DNA of 64,000 nt from Paraspadella gotoi (GCA_051294375.1 JBJCIZ010000040.1:100785-164784); one strand, 5' to 3'; shown: positions 1 to 13,519, counted from the stretch's first letter. A program made the numbers and translations. The notes: generated by a model not told the origin, from the sequence alone.

Positions 1-7
1 TGGGAAG

Positions 8-397
8 ATGGGCAAGAGAAAACGTTCGTTCGCGTCTGAAATTTTTGCTCTCAAGGACAATACTCGCCCGAAGCGACCGAATAACGAGAGTTATATGAGG
101 AATGGCGTTCAGGTTATCGTCCTTGATGCAGACCTCGAAGACGTCGAGGTTGATTTATCATCCCTTCCTCGCCATAACCCGTCGCGCAAACGGACGAAAA
201 CCACGGATAAAGATCGTCATGAGAAACTCGAATTTCAGCGCGATCAGCGCCATTTCAAGATCGAAACCCTCGCGTCCGATCAAATCATACATTCCCGATT
301 CTATGATAGCGCGAGAAAACACGCTATGGATTTCTTGAGTCTCGCCGACGACGTCTCGGATTCCTTCTGGCCTATCGGTTTCGACACGGATTTTTAA
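8..397 (+). CDS. Orphan 129-aa ORF with basic N-terminus (MGKRKRS), function unknown
   Basis: Intact ATG-to-TAA ORF in a CpG-rich patch within AT-rich DNA. A frameshifted inverted copy lies at about 7610-7990. No family recognised. Confidence 0.35.
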   Translation: MGKRKRSFASEIFALKDNTRPKRPNNESYMRNGVQVIVLDADLEDVEVDLSSLPRHNPSRKRTKTTDKDRHEKLEFQRDQRHFKIETLASDQIIHSRFYDSARKHAMDFLSLADDVSDSFWPIGFDTDF

Positions 398-1070
398 ATT
401 TATAAAAGTGTTTATCATCTAGCATAAAAAATTATTGGACACATATTAGCGCGGAGTATAAATACAAGAAATAATAATGGACTTCTTGTGTCCTCCTAAT
501 TTTTTTAAACACAAGTAAAACTATTCCCTAAGATCAAAAAATAAAAAATTCGTTTGGCCAATTTTCCCGTTCTATCGATAAGATAAGATGCAAAAAAATC
601 GGAAAAAATAGAAAATTTAAAAATAAAATAAAAGTGGTTAGTAATATTAATAATCATATATCATATCTTGTATTTATGCTCCGCGCTAACAGATATGATA
701 TCGTTTGAATAACTTAAAAGTGGATTCCAACTTTCAGGTGATAAGGTGAGTCCTTCAATATTTTATCTGATGTATAAGAAATTCTTCAGTAGATGGTTTA
801 TTCAATAAAATTACCCTAAAATTTCTAAAGATTGTTAAGCCGAACCAGATTTTAAAAGCAAATGTGAAGCAGATTAGTGGCAATAATTTTTTACAATTGC
901 AGTAAATTTTTGGAATAAAATTTTTACTTTACCTTATGAATATAGATCTGACACTATTTAACAACATTAAGGACTATATTATTTATTAAGTTTCTATGTC
1001 ATAAAATTTTACATTGTACAATCTGTTCTGCTTCACTCAGTAACAAACTCTACAAATCTTATATAGTCTC

Positions 1071-1375
1071 TGAAGGTATGTATCTATTTATGGTCAGTCT
1101 TTATATCTGCTCTCGTGAGGTAAAAGAGATGAGTAGGATAATAATATAATAGTAAAAGGTAAGTAGATGTAACAAAGGCAAAAAGAATACATAAAGGGAG
1201 TAAAGGGGAGAAGGAAGGTTTTTGGATCCCGAGACTGAGAGATGAGAAGTTGTGATGCCGATTTCCAAGACCCTCCGAGATTCAAGAATGAGGAGGAGGG
1301 GATGACGAGGGGAGCAGGAGACGCTGAGATGGGGAGTGAAAGGCTCTGGCGGTAGGGGGAGCTTCTATCCTGACA
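1071..1375 (-). mobile_element. Solo LTR (about 305 bp) related to the LTRs at 40654-41010 and 61751-62082; redundant copies at ~6642-6943 and ~16888-17194
   Basis: TG...CA termini. The 5' end TGTCAGGATAG and 3' end TAGATACATACCTTCA resemble the ends of the PBS-associated LTRs. Flanks GTCTC/GTTCT are not an exact TSD. Confidence 0.65.
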
Positions 1376-2640
1376 GTTCTTAAGTTAGCAGAGAATTTAA
1401 AAAACAGGAGAAATTTTAGTCAAAATTGTGCATTTTCTTATGGTGACAAAAAGAAAATCACCCTTAAGATGCCATATTTTCTAATTTCTTCAAAAAGTAC
1501 ATCTAGTTTTTAACTTGTTTCTCCATAGCAGACAGATTAGTTACAAAGTACAGTTTAAAGTAAAGCTTGCTGCAGTATCAATAGATATAAATTAAAAACA
1601 AAATGGATAAAAACAATTAAATTATAATTTTATTTTTTACTTCAGATCAGAAATCATAATACGTGAATCAGTAAGAAATATCACTTGTAATTGATTATCA
1701 AAACAGTTTTGATTTTATCAGGTAAGAAGACAAAAAACATTCCTTTATTTCAATGGAAACTTATACGGATTTTGCTTGAATTTTCCCCAACCCTTTCCAT
1801 TGTTCCAATATGGAAGCTCTTTCAACCTGAAAAAAAAATATTACTGAGGAAAAAAACTTTAAACTTTAAGAAAGTATTTTTTTAAAAATAATTATGCTGT
1901 CATTTATCAACATTTTGCAACAAATTAAGACTGGTCTTAAAATTTTAAAAATTTTCATTTTAAAATTTTAGTAGTATATTCTTATCATTTTAAATCAATC
2001 TTGTTCACTAGTACGCAGTAATGTATAATATTTTGAAAAAAGACTGAAGTCTCTACCTTGCATTGCTGCTATTTTAAAACTAATTTTTACATGACTGTCT
2101 CTAATGCTGTTTGCAGGATCCAAACCCAAGACCTCCTATGGTAATATTTAAGGAGACATGGGTTTGAATCACACTGCTGCCACCACATTTAAGAAAAAAC
2201 AGGTTGAGATTTTATTCTGAGAATAAAGGTGACGATGAGACACACGCAGGAGTCTTTTTCAGTTCTACTGAAACTAAAAAGAGTGAGGTTTATTTATAGC
2301 TAAGAAAGAGGATCGACGACATTGGTAATATTTACAGTTCCGCTGATCCTGCAAGCTGATTGGTCGATTCCGGTTCCATCCTTGACCAATCAGGATTCGG
2401 CGATTTCATTTTGCCCAAGTCTCTGATACGATTTACTTTTGGTGGATGCGATGGTCAAAACACTTTAAAAAATATGCCTCCATAAGAATTAGTCGGTTTT
2501 ATGATACCGCCATATTGTACTTAAAAATTAAAGGTTTAAAAATTTTGTTAAAAAAAATCATTGTTATGATTCTTTCTTTTCGTTGTTTAGGATTTAGGAA
2601 AAAACAGTTTTAATAGGCAACAACGATTTTATTATTGTAG

Positions 2641-2681
2641 ATCGGACAAGTTTCGACTCTGTCTCAGTCTTCATCAGCGAT
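2641..2681 (-). ncRNA. Minimal type I hammerhead ribozyme (Penelope-associated type)
   Basis: Reverse complement reads ATCG-CTGATGA-A-GACT-gagacag-AGTC-GAAA-C-TT-GTC-CGAT: full core, stem I ATCG/CGAT, stem II GACT/AGTC, GUC cleavage triplet. A clean plus-strand copy lies at ~15580-15620. Confidence 0.8.
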
Positions 2682-3452
2682 TTTAATAATCAACAATTTT
2701 CTCTCTTTTAATATTAGTTTGGAGATAGAGAGAGAGAGAGAGAGAGAGAAAGGGAGATTCAACAAAGAATTTAGATAAGAGACAGTGTCACTAACCTAAC
2801 CACTGGTCAGATGTGAGGACAGATGGAAGATAAGGAATGGAAGAAGATAAGATTGGTTGAAACTTGAAAGGTGAAAAATTCAGAGAGAGAGAGAGAGAAG
2901 CAAAAGAGCTAGAGAAATAATTACATTTAACAATGTACAACAGAGTGAAAAATGGAAAAAACTTAATACTCAACTGTAATAACAAAGAAATTAATATATT
3001 ATTAATCATTAAGAATGAAATGTGAAAGGGAAAATAAGTGTAGGGATAGATAAGTAAAGATGTTAGTGAAAGTAAGATAAGAAAGAGCTCAAAAAAGAGC
3101 TGGCCCCCCGGCCATGGCAAATGTGGGACCGTGAGCGATGTGATCGGGTTATAGGCTTGTCATAGACTGGGAGAGGTATCTAGTAGGCTGGGTATGAGTA
3201 CCAAGGCTGTTCTAATGTCCTCTGGCCTATAAGCCTGCTGACGGCGCTCTCTTGCCTGACGATAGGCCGGGTGATTATCTGTTCTGGCCTGCTTAGATGC
3301 AGGGGATACAGATTCTCTCTCCTCTTCCTTCAGCCGTCGTTTTGGGCAACACTTGGTGCGAGGAAGGTTTGCCCATCAAGTTGCTGCAGGATCGGGAAAG
3401 GCATCGGGCGTCCATCGCTTGCCTGAGAGAGAGAAAATTGTTGATTATTAAA

Positions 3453-3496
3453 ATCGCTGATGAAGACTCTTAAGACAGAGTCAAAACTTGTCCGAT
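3453..3496 (+). ncRNA. Hammerhead ribozyme copy with GAAA changed to AAAA, inverted relative to 2641-2681
   Basis: ATCG-CTGATGA-A-GACTCT-taagac-AGAGTC-AAAA-CTTGTC-CGAT. The AAAA variant recurs in the redundant copy at ~14760-14803. Confidence 0.7.
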
Positions 3497-3609
3497 CTAC
3501 AATAATAAATCGTTGTTGCCTATTAAAACTGTTTTTCCTAAAAGTAAAAAATCTTAAAAGAATAGGATCGAGCTACCTTCAATGATAAGCAAATATTGAT
3601 GCGGTGGCT

Positions 3610-4425
3610 GTGGGATTCCTCCCACACGGGATTCCTCCAACTGTATTCCTCTCACATGGGATTCCTCCTACGCGGGATTCCTCCATGGATTTCTCCCACT
3701 CGAGATTCCTCCCACAGGGATTCCTCCCGCGAGATACCTCCCACATGGAATTCCTCCCCAAAGAATTCCTCCCACATGGATTCCTCCCATACGGATTTCT
3801 CCCTATGGATTCCTCCCACGCGGGATTCCTCCCACGCAGGATTCCTCCCGATGGATTCCTCTCGCACGATCTCCATGGAATTCCTCCACTGTGGATTCCT
3901 CCCACACGGGATTCCTCCCAAACGGGATTCCTCCCAGGCGGATTCCTCCACACGGGATTCCTCCCAACGAGGATTCTCCCTTAAATTATGATTAATTTCT
4001 TGTTGCATTTTTGTTGCAAGAAAAAATCAACTTAGATTCATTAAAAAAAATTTTTGTTTTTCTATTGGACAAAGTGGGAAAATCCTGCGTGGGAGGAATC
4101 CCGTTTGAGAGAATCCCGCATGGGAGAAATCCCATGTGGGAGGAATCCTGTGTGGAGGAATCCCATGTGGGAAAATCCTGTGTGGGAAGAATCCCACGTA
4201 GGAGGAATCCATTGTGGGAGGAATCCTGTGTGGGAGGAATCTCATGTGGGAGGAATCCTGTGTGGGGAGGAATTCCATGGGGAGGAATCTGTGGGAGGAA
4301 CCCGTTGTGGGAGGAATCCGTGTGGGAGGAATTCCTTGGGTGGAATCCCTTGGGGAGGAATCCCGTGTTGGAGGAAACCAGTGTGGGAGGAATCCCCGCG
4401 GGAGAATTCTGTTGGGAGGAATCCA
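3610..4425. mobile_element. Foldback element: two oppositely oriented arrays of a ~16-17-nt unit (GGGATTCCTCCCACAC) around a ~90-bp AT-rich spacer
   Basis: GGATTCCTCCC units at 3610-3980, spacer at 3981-4073, GGGAGGAATCC units at 4074-4425. Further copies at 12818-13449, 13801-14640 and 23260-23910. Confidence 0.75.
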
Positions 4426-7400
4426 CAGCACCCGCATTCAATATTGCTTATCATGAAGGTAGGCCGCATCCTATTCTTTTAAGATTTTTTTACTTTGGAA
4501 AAAACAGTTTTAATAGGCAAAACGATTTATTATGTAAGATCGCGACAAGTTTTGACTCTGTCTTAAGAGTCTCATCAGCGATTTTTTTAATAATCAAAAT
4601 TTTCTTCTCTCTTCAGCAAGCGATGGACGCCCGATGCCTTTCCCGATCCTGCAGCAACTTGATGCAACTCTCTCCCACCAAGTGTTGCCAAAACGACGGT
4701 GAGGGGAAGAGGAGAGAGGAATCTGTTATCCCCTGCATCTAAGCAGCCAGAACAGATAATCACCCGCCTCATCGCTCAGGCAAGAGGAGCGCCGTCAGCA
4801 GCTTATCAGGCCAGAGGACATTAGAACAGCCTCGGCTACTCATACCCCAGCTACTAGATACCCTCCAGTCATAGACAAGCTATAACCGATCCAATCGCTC
4901 ACGTCCCACATTTGCCAGCCGCGGGGGGCCAGCTCTTTTTTTGAGTCTTTCCTTATCTTACTTTCACTAACATCTTTACTTATCTATCCCTAAACCTTTT
5001 TTCCTTTCACATTTCATTCTTAATGATTAATAATATATTAATTTCTTTTGTTATACTAGTTAGTATTTTAAAGTTTTTATTTTTCACTTCTGTTGTACAT
5101 TGTTAAATGTAATTAGTTCTTCTAGCTCTTTTGCTTCTCTCTTCTCTCTTCTGACATTTTTTCACCTTTCAAGTTTCAACCAATCTTATCTTCTTCCATG
5201 TCCTTATCTTCACCTGTCCTCACATTGAACCAGTGGTTAGGTTAGTGACACTGTCTTTCTAATTCTTTGTGGAATTCCCTCTTTCTCCTCTTTCTCTCTC
5301 TCTTATCTCCAAAACTAATATTTAAAGAGAGAAAATTGTTGATTTTAAAATCGCTGAATGAAGACTGAGACAGAGTCGCAAACTTGTCCGATCTACAATA
5401 ATAAAATCGTTGTTGCCTATTAAAAACTGTTTTTTCCTAAATCCTAAAACCAACGGAAAAGAAATAATCATAACAATGATTTTTTTTTAACAAAATTTTA
5501 AACTAGTACAATATGCGGAATCATAAAAACCGACTAATTCTTATGGAGGCATATTTTTTTAAAGTGTTTTGACCATCGCATTCCACCAAAAGTAAATCGT
5601 ATCAGAGACTTGGGCAAAATGAAATCGCCCGAATCCTGATTTTGGTCAAGGATGGACCGGAATCGACCAATTCAGCTTGCAGGATCAGCGGACTGTAAAT
5701 ATTACCATGTCGTCGATCCTCTTTCTTAGCTATAAATAACCCACTTTTTAGTTTCAGTAGAACTGAAAAAGACTCCTGCGTGTGTCTCATCGTCACCTTT
5801 ATTCTCAGAATAAAATCTCAAACCCTGTTTTTTTTTAAATTGGTGGCAGCAGTTGATTCCAACCCATGTCTCCTTAAAATATTACCATAGGAGGTCTTGG
5901 GTTTGGATCCTGCCAAACAGCATAGAGACAGTCACTGTAAAAAATTAGTTTTAAAATAGCGCAATTGCAAGTAGAGACCTCCAGTCTTTTTTTCAAAATA
6001 TAACATTATGCGTCTAGTGAACAAGATTGATTTAAATGCAATAGAATATACTACTAAAATTTAAAATGAAATTTTTAAATTTTAAGACCAGTCTTAATTT
6101 GTTTGCAAAATGTTGATAAATGACAGCATAATTATTTTTAAAAAAAATACTTTCTTAAAGTTAAAGTTTTTTTTCCTCAGTAATATTTTTTTTTCAGGTT
6201 GAAAGAGGCTTCCATATTGGACAATGGGAAAGGGTGGGGAAAATTCAAGCAAAATCCGTATAAGTTTCATATGAATAAAGGAATGTTTTTTGTCTCTTAC
6301 CTGATAAAATCAAAACTGTTTTGATAATCAATTACAAGTGATATTTCTTACTGATTCACGTATATGATTTTCTTTTGATCTGAAGTAAAATAAAATTATA
6401 GATTTTATTGTTTTTATCCCATTTTGTTTTATTTATATTTGATACTGCATGCCAAGCTTTACTTTAAACTGTACTTGCTAACTAATCTGTCTGCTATGGA
6501 GAAACAGTTAAAAACTAGATGTACTTTTGAAAAATAGAAATATGGCATCTTAAGCGGTGATTTCTTTTTGTCATCATAAGAAAATGCACCAATTTTTGAC
6601 TAAATTTTCCTGTTTTTTTAAATTCTCTGCTACTTAAGAACTGTCAGGATAGAAGCTCCCCCTACCGCCAACCTTCACTCCCCATCTCAGCGTCTCTGCT
6701 CCCCTGGTCATCCCCTCCTCCTCATTCTTGAATCTCGGAGGTCTTGGAAATCGGCATCACAACTTCTCATTCTCAGTCATCGGGATCCAAAAACCTTCCT
6801 TCTCCACCTTTACTCCCTTTATGTAATTCTTTGCCTTGTTTACATCTACTTACCTTTTTACTATTATATTATTATCCTACTCATCTCTTTTACTCTCACG
6901 AGAGCAGAATAAAGGACTGACCATAAATAGATACATACCTTCAGAGACTATATAAGATTTGTAGAGTTTGTTACTGATGAAGCAGAACGAGATTGTACAT
7001 GTTAAAAATTTTATGACATAGAAACTTAATGAAATAATATAGTCCTTTAATTGTTGTTAAATAGTGTCAGAATTCTATATTCATAAGGTAAAGTAAAAAT
7101 TTTATTCCAAAAATTTACTTGCAATTGGCTAAAAATTATTGCCAATAATCTGCTTCACATTTGCTTTTAAAATCTGGTTCGGCTTAAAATCCTTTAGAAA
7201 ATTTTAGGTAATTTTATTGAATAAACATCTACTGAAGAATTTCTTATACATCAGATAAAATTTGAAGGACTCACCTTATCACTGAAAGTTGGAATCCACT
7301 TAAGTTATTCAAACGATATCATATCTGTTAGCCGGAGCATAAATACAAATATGATATATGATATTAATATTACTAACCTTTTATTTTATTTTTAAATTTT

Positions 7401-9949
7401 CTATTTTTTCCGATTTTTTTTGGCATCTTATCTTATCGATAGAACGGGAAAAATTGGCCAAACGAATTTTTATTTTTTGATCTTAGGGAATAGTTTTACT
7501 TGTGTTTAAAATAAATTAGGAGGACACAAGAAGTCATTATTATTTCTTGTATTTATACTCCGCCTAATATGTGTCCAATAATTTTTTATGCTAATGATAA
7601 ACACTTTTATAAATTTAAAAAATCCGTGTCGAAACCGATAGGCCAGAAGGAATCCGAGAAGTCGTCGGCGAGACTCAAGAATCCATAGCGTGTTTCTCGC
7701 GCTATCATAGATCGGGAATGTATGATTGATCGGACGCGAGGGTTTCGATTTGAAATGGCGCTGATCGCGCTGAAATTCGAGTTTCTCATGACGATCTTTA
7801 TCCGGGTTTTCGTCCGTTTGCGCGACGGTTATGCGGAGGAGGATGATATAATCAACCTCGACGTCTTCGAGGTCTGCATCAAGGACGATAACCTGAACGC
7901 CATTCCTCATTAACTCTCGTTATTCGTCGTTCGGGCGGTTTGTCCTGAAGCAAAAATTTCAGACGCGAACAAACGTTTTCTCTTGCCCCATCTTCCCACG
8001 TCCTCTTTCAGCACGATGAACGAGTTAATAAGGGCAGTTTACTAATTTTGAATAAAGCTTAATGTAACTTGCGGATAAGAAGGGGAAACATATATAGCTA
8101 AATTTTCAATTCAATTAATCGATTACTTAAATGAATGCACAATGAGATAAAGTAAATCAAACTTATATTTGCTGCTATAATAAACCCAATACTTTGAAAA
8201 CTACTAAACTAACTTTGAAAACTAACTGGTTAGCACGGTAATCTAGAAGGCGAGAGGTCTTGACAGTGAGAAGGCAGTGAGGACAATTATTCATCAGGCT
8301 ACAGGCGTTGCTTCCAATCTCTCGCACAAGTATACTAATTGAACTGCTGTATGTTTAGAAATTGTTTGACTCAAGGTAAGCTGACGGTAACGAATACGAT
8401 AAAATTATAAATACCAATGCGCTGAAGAATAAGCCACCAAAATAGCTTCAATTGGGCAAATTGGTGTAAATTATCTTTTAAACGGCAGTTAAAATTAAGA
8501 ATGTCGGTTAAGGCTGGATCACTGGCCAAAAGTTATAATTAGGATTAAATAAGCTTGTATTCGAAAAGTAGAGGTCAGTTGATCTGAAAAGATTCACTTT
8601 ATCTTTCCTCTCGATCCATGCGTTTTTTTTCGAATTTATAATACTATATAAAATAAAAGGAAACCTTCGGAAGAGTTGCGGCCCAACGGCTAAAGGATTT
8701 TCATGAAATTTTCATAAATTACTTGAGACAAGGGTCCCAATTCTATGAGAGGGATTTTTCAAATTCACTTATCTTCATAAGAAAAAAAAAAAGAATAGAA
8801 AATTTTGGCATTAAATTTTAAATATCTTGAAACTAATAATATTTTCCAAATCCTCTCATAGAATTTCTCCACCTTTCCATACTTATAAAAATAATTTATT
8901 TATTTTCTATTTCAAACGGTTTTAGCTACTCTTTTTTTGTTTATTTTTTTTTTTATTTTTTTATTTTTTTTCTGTAGATTTTACAGAAACTAAAGTCGAG
9001 CAAGAACTTTAAAATCGATACGCTTTTCCGAAATCTATTTCATTCTAGTTTAATGATGGCTTTACGATCTTTAAAGTTTTATCCAAATTTTGTACAATTT
9101 TTTTTTTAATTAACAAATGGCTGTGGCTGGGGAAAGCATCAGTAAACAAGGAGGAATGGCTGTTTATTATTTTTTTCTCAGTCTTGTTTTGAACAGTTTT
9201 GAACTGGGAACAGAAACTAAATGTCAAAAGCAACATGAGGCTGGTCCGTCTGTGGAATCTGTGGCAGTCTATGGCACCATTGAGGGTTGTTATCAAAGTG
9301 GGACCCAACTTCAGATGCCAGGGGACGAATGTCTTTGAATTTTTACAATTTTACAATTTTATCATTCTTTTATAATAAAATGATAATAGACATCCTCATA
9401 ATAAGCGTTCTGTTCTTCTCTCTACATAAACGTTTAGTTTCATCATTATTGATTCTATAACATAATGGAATGACTGGTTTTTAGTTGTTAGTATTACACG
9501 AGGTAGGTGCTGTTTAATGAAAAAAAAATTAAAATTTTGCGTTTTAAAAATGACTTTACGTGTTGGATGAAATTTTTAGGTTTACTGAATAAAAAAAATG
9601 CCTCTTGAGCTGAACCTTAATCAAATTTAGAGTTTTTTTTTTTTGAAACGTGAAGGGAATACACTTCTTTGACATATAATAAATTGTACAAACTTTACTG
9701 CAATTCTGTTTGAATGATCCAGGCCTTAAAACCCTTTTTTTTTTTGAAATAAGGTATTTGAGCTCCGAGAGACTATAAATAAGTTCTATCTAAAAGTAGC
9801 TAATAAGACTAAAATATTCCGGAAATTAAATTATGAATTATATAAAATTGAATCGCGATTAGTTAAAGCTAAGATATGATGTAGAATAATTAGCTATTAT
9901 TTACATATCGTCCCTTGTATTGGGATAATAGTAAACGGTGACCTCTTCT

Positions 9950-11960
9950 TCTGATAGTACTGATTCAGGGCCAATATCCCTAGAGTTTGAAAGGAAGTTT
10001 CTAGCAGAACTAATTGGGGACTAGTTGAAGTGGTAGACCCACGAGGAGCCCTGGGTTGTAATCGTCATCAAATTTTTTTGTTGGTTTTTCTTTTAAAGGT
10101 GGCAGGATTTTTGAAGAATCGAGACAGTGAGGTCATAGGGGATAGGTGACCTCATAGACGGATCGGAGGATTCATCTGGGAACCACTGTTGGAGGACTGA
10201 AGAGAGATAGTTTCTGGATCATCGGGTGAAGAATTCTGATTCACAATGCATGTTGTAGGCGCTTGGTTTCGCCTCTGTTCTTGTTTCAAACACATCAGGG
10301 CTAGTCAATCCAAGGCTTCCTCCTTCTTCCGGCAGTAATGGAGTGCTGGGCTTTCAGCTTTGCTGTAGGGTGTGGCTTTGCCCTTAGTGTGCCCAAATAA
10401 TGAACTATCTTTGGATTGGTCGGTCGAGAGGATTTTTCTTCCACATCTCATCAGTATCATCTGGGTTGAGATGCTGCGGAGGTAGAGGGTTGAGGATCAG
10501 CTTCTGCTTGATCTTCTCTCTTCCAGTTGGATTGTGACATGGATAGAGCTGTGTTTATGAGGTACAGGATTCGCAGGCTCGTCGGCGTGGGATCAGGAGG
10601 GCCGAGGGTTCATTAGTATTGTTTATGATTGCGAATATTTCTAATGCCATTTTTTGTTTTAGTTTCCCTTGGTTGGTATTGGCTTTCTCATAACTCTTTG
10701 GTCTGTTGCATTAACTTTTTAAGGTGTTTGAAGTTTCGGCGGCGTTTGCTTCCATCTCTACCTCGCACCAATATGTTGTTCCAGATCTCCTTTGGAACTT
10801 GGAGCGTTTGTTATTCTTGAGGGAACTGACCATTTTGGGTCTAGCTTTTCTCTAAGGCCATTGGAACTCTTTTCGTATACCAGATCGCCTTCTGAAGAGG
10901 GTATGTTTGGATTTCCTGTTGTAAGTTTCTCTTCAGTGCTCTTTTCTTTCTGTGCGTATTCTTGCTTCATCATGATCATTTTTACTGGTTTTGCACTTTA
11001 TCTATATAATCTTGCAAAGTGCGTTTTTCTTCTATCAATTTCCACTCCGGTGAAGCTGGGAGAGGAGGGCTCGCGGCTAAAGAACAGCAGGTATGGTCAT
11101 ATTAGTACGTGCAAACGGAGTGTGTTGTACGACCATTCAAACAATAGGAAGGTGATCAATCCAGACTTCCCATATTGGAGTAGTCTTTTGGTTAGGTTTT
11201 AATTATTGTTCGGTCTGTCTTTCCACGTTGCTTGTGTCTGGGACGGTAGCTACACTTGTTCTCTTCTTCGTGCAATAATTTGGCAAACTGCTTTGACAAC
11301 GTCAGCGATGAATTCGCCACATTATCGGAAGTTAACAACTTTGAGGGCAGCGAAGCAAACTAGGTTTTCAACGCTTTGGCAATACCTGTCGCGTTTTTGT
11401 TCCTAGTTTATAAGTTTCACATAACTGAGAAAAACGTCCTTGAAGACAAGACATACTTCATGTCGCCTGGGGCTGTGGGTAGCTTTAGCAGATCGCATAT
11501 AACATGGTCAAAACACATTTTTGGCAACGATTGATTGTAATGTGTTTTGTTCTTTGGGGTTTGTTCATTGACCTGGTCGCATATCTTGCTATTTTGAGAT
11601 GTTTGCAAAATCTTTGCCTACCCTGGCCAGATAGCGTAACGTCTTACTTTCTCCACATCTTTTTGATTGATGATGGCCGGAAAACACTGAGCGTGGAAAT
11701 CGTTCAGAACGTCATTTACAAGTAATCGGGATTACTGTGTAAAATGGCAGGGCTTCAGTTATGGAATTTTTTTCCTACCGAGCGTTCCATCTTCATAATT
11801 CGTCATTGTTCTTGTTCTTCTCTCAACTTCTGAGTTTCGCTTTCATTTGCATTGAAGTTTACTGGCGTTGGTTTGTCGAGATCATCTATGCCTAAGAGAC
11901 TGAATCATCTTCGAAGGGGTGGATTGATTCGGGAGGGTCGTGGGATAATGCATAATCTTG
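9950..11960 (-). pseudogene. Degenerate Ty3/gypsy integrase and downstream low-complexity region
   Basis: Broken minus-strand frames give zinc-finger-like YAIWPG...KICDQ, core CFDHVICDLLKLPTAPGDMKYVL, NVERQ and EWSYNT motifs, with many frameshifts. A partial second copy lies at ~19560-20745. Confidence 0.75.
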
Positions 11961-11986
11961 GNNNNNNNNNNNNNNNNNNNNNNNNN

Positions 11987-13449
11987 GAGAAAATAATTAC
12001 ATTTAACAATGTACAACAGAGTGAAAAATGGAAAAACTTAATACTCAACTAGTAATAACAAAAGAAATTAATATATTAGTTAATCATTAAGAATGAAATG
12101 TGAAAGGGAAAATAAGTTGTTAGGGATAGATAAGTAAAGATGTTAGTGAAAGTAAGATAAGGAAAGAGCTCAAAAAAGAGCTGGCCCCCCCGGCCTGGCA
12201 AATGTGGGACGTGAGCGATGTGATCGGGTTATAGGCTTGTCATAGACTGGGAGGGTATTCTAGTAGGCTGGGGTATGAGTACCAAGGCTGTTCTAATGTC
12301 CCTCTGGCCTGATAAGCCTGCTGACGGCGCTCCTCTTGCCTGACGNNNNNNNNNNNNNNNNNNNNNNNNNNNNNNNNNNNNNNNNNNNNNNNNNNNNNNN
12401 NNNNNNNNNNNNNNNNNNNNNNNNNNNNNNNNNNNNNNNNNNNNNNNNNNNNNNNNNNNNNNNNNNNNNNNNNNNNNNNNNNNNNNNNNNNNNNNNNNNN
12501 NNNNNNNNNNNNNNNNNNNNNNNNNNNNNNNNNNNNNNNNNNNNNNNNNNNNNNNNNNNNNNNNNNNNNNNNNNNNNNNNNNNNNNNNNNNNNNNNNNNN
12601 NNNNNNNNNNNNNNNNNNNNNNNNNNNNNNNNNNNNNNNNNNNNNNNNNNNNNNNNNNNNNNNNNNNNNNNNNNNNNNNNNNNNNNNNNNNNNNNNNNNN
12701 NNNNNATAAAATCGTTGTTGCCTATTAAAACTGTTTTTTCCTAAAAGTAAAAAAATCTTAAAAGAATAGGATCGAGCCTACCTTCAATGATAAGCAAATA
12801 TTGATGCGGGTGGCTGTGGTATTCCTCCCACACGGGATTCCTCCCAACTGTATTCCTCTCACATGGGATTCCTCCTACGCGGGATTCCTCCCCATGGGAT
12901 TTCTCCCACTCGAGATTCCTCCCACACGGGATTCCTCCCCGCGAGATACCTCCCACATGGAATTCCTCCCCAAAGAATTCCTCCCACATGGGATTCCTCC
13001 CATACGGATTTCTCCCTATGGAATTCCTCCCACGCGGGATTCCTCCCACGCAGGATTCCTCCCCATGGAATTCCTCTCGCACGGGATTCCTCCCCATGGA
13101 ATTCCTCCCACGTGGGATTCCTCCCACACGGGATTCCTCCCAAACGGGATTCCTCCCAGGCGGGATTCCTCCCACACGGGATTCCTCCCACACGGGATTC
13201 CTCCCCTTAAATTATGATTAACTTTCTTGTTGCATGTTCTTGTTGCAAGGAAAAAAATCAACTTTAGATTCATTAAAATAAAATTTTTGTTTTTTCTATT
13301 GGACAAAGTGGGAAAAATCCTGCGTGGGAGGAATCCCGTTTGAGAGGAATCCCGCATGGGAGAAATCCCATGTGGGAGGAATCCTGTGTGGGAGGAATCC
13401 CATGTGGGAAAATCCTGTGTGGGAAGAATCCCACGTAGGAGGAATCCCG
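11987..13449 (+). repeat. Gapped redundant copy of ~2910-4210
   Basis: Near-identical to the earlier block, bounded by 25-N gaps and containing a 360-N gap. Confidence 0.9.
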
Positions 13450-13519
13450 ATGATAANNNNNNNNNNNNNNNNNNNNNNNNNCTTTCACTCATACACGCAT
13501 TTGTTTGTTTTATTTATGA

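Larger units (their letters stand above)
1..7997. repeat. About 8-kb palindrome: 1-~3610 mirrored at ~4425-7997, with the apex in the GGATTCCTCCC foldback element
   Basis: The right arm is the reverse complement of the left with scattered 1-nt indels (for example the ORF 8-397 copy, solo LTR copy and hammerhead copies). Confidence 0.9.

Noticed and set aside
2356-2393. Inverted CCAAT pair (CTGATTGGTC...GACCAATCAG) as a promoter
   Set aside because: No associated transcript or ORF can be assigned, and such hairpins are common in repeats.
3610-4425. CRISPR-like appearance of short regularly spaced repeats
   Set aside because: No unique spacers, no cas genes, and the context is eukaryotic.
3579-4742. 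Many overlapping ORFs of GGIP/WEES/GRNP/DSSH repeats (also 12741-14674 and 23058-23991)
   Set aside because: They are open in nearly all frames on both strands because the repeat unit lacks stops; not protein genes.
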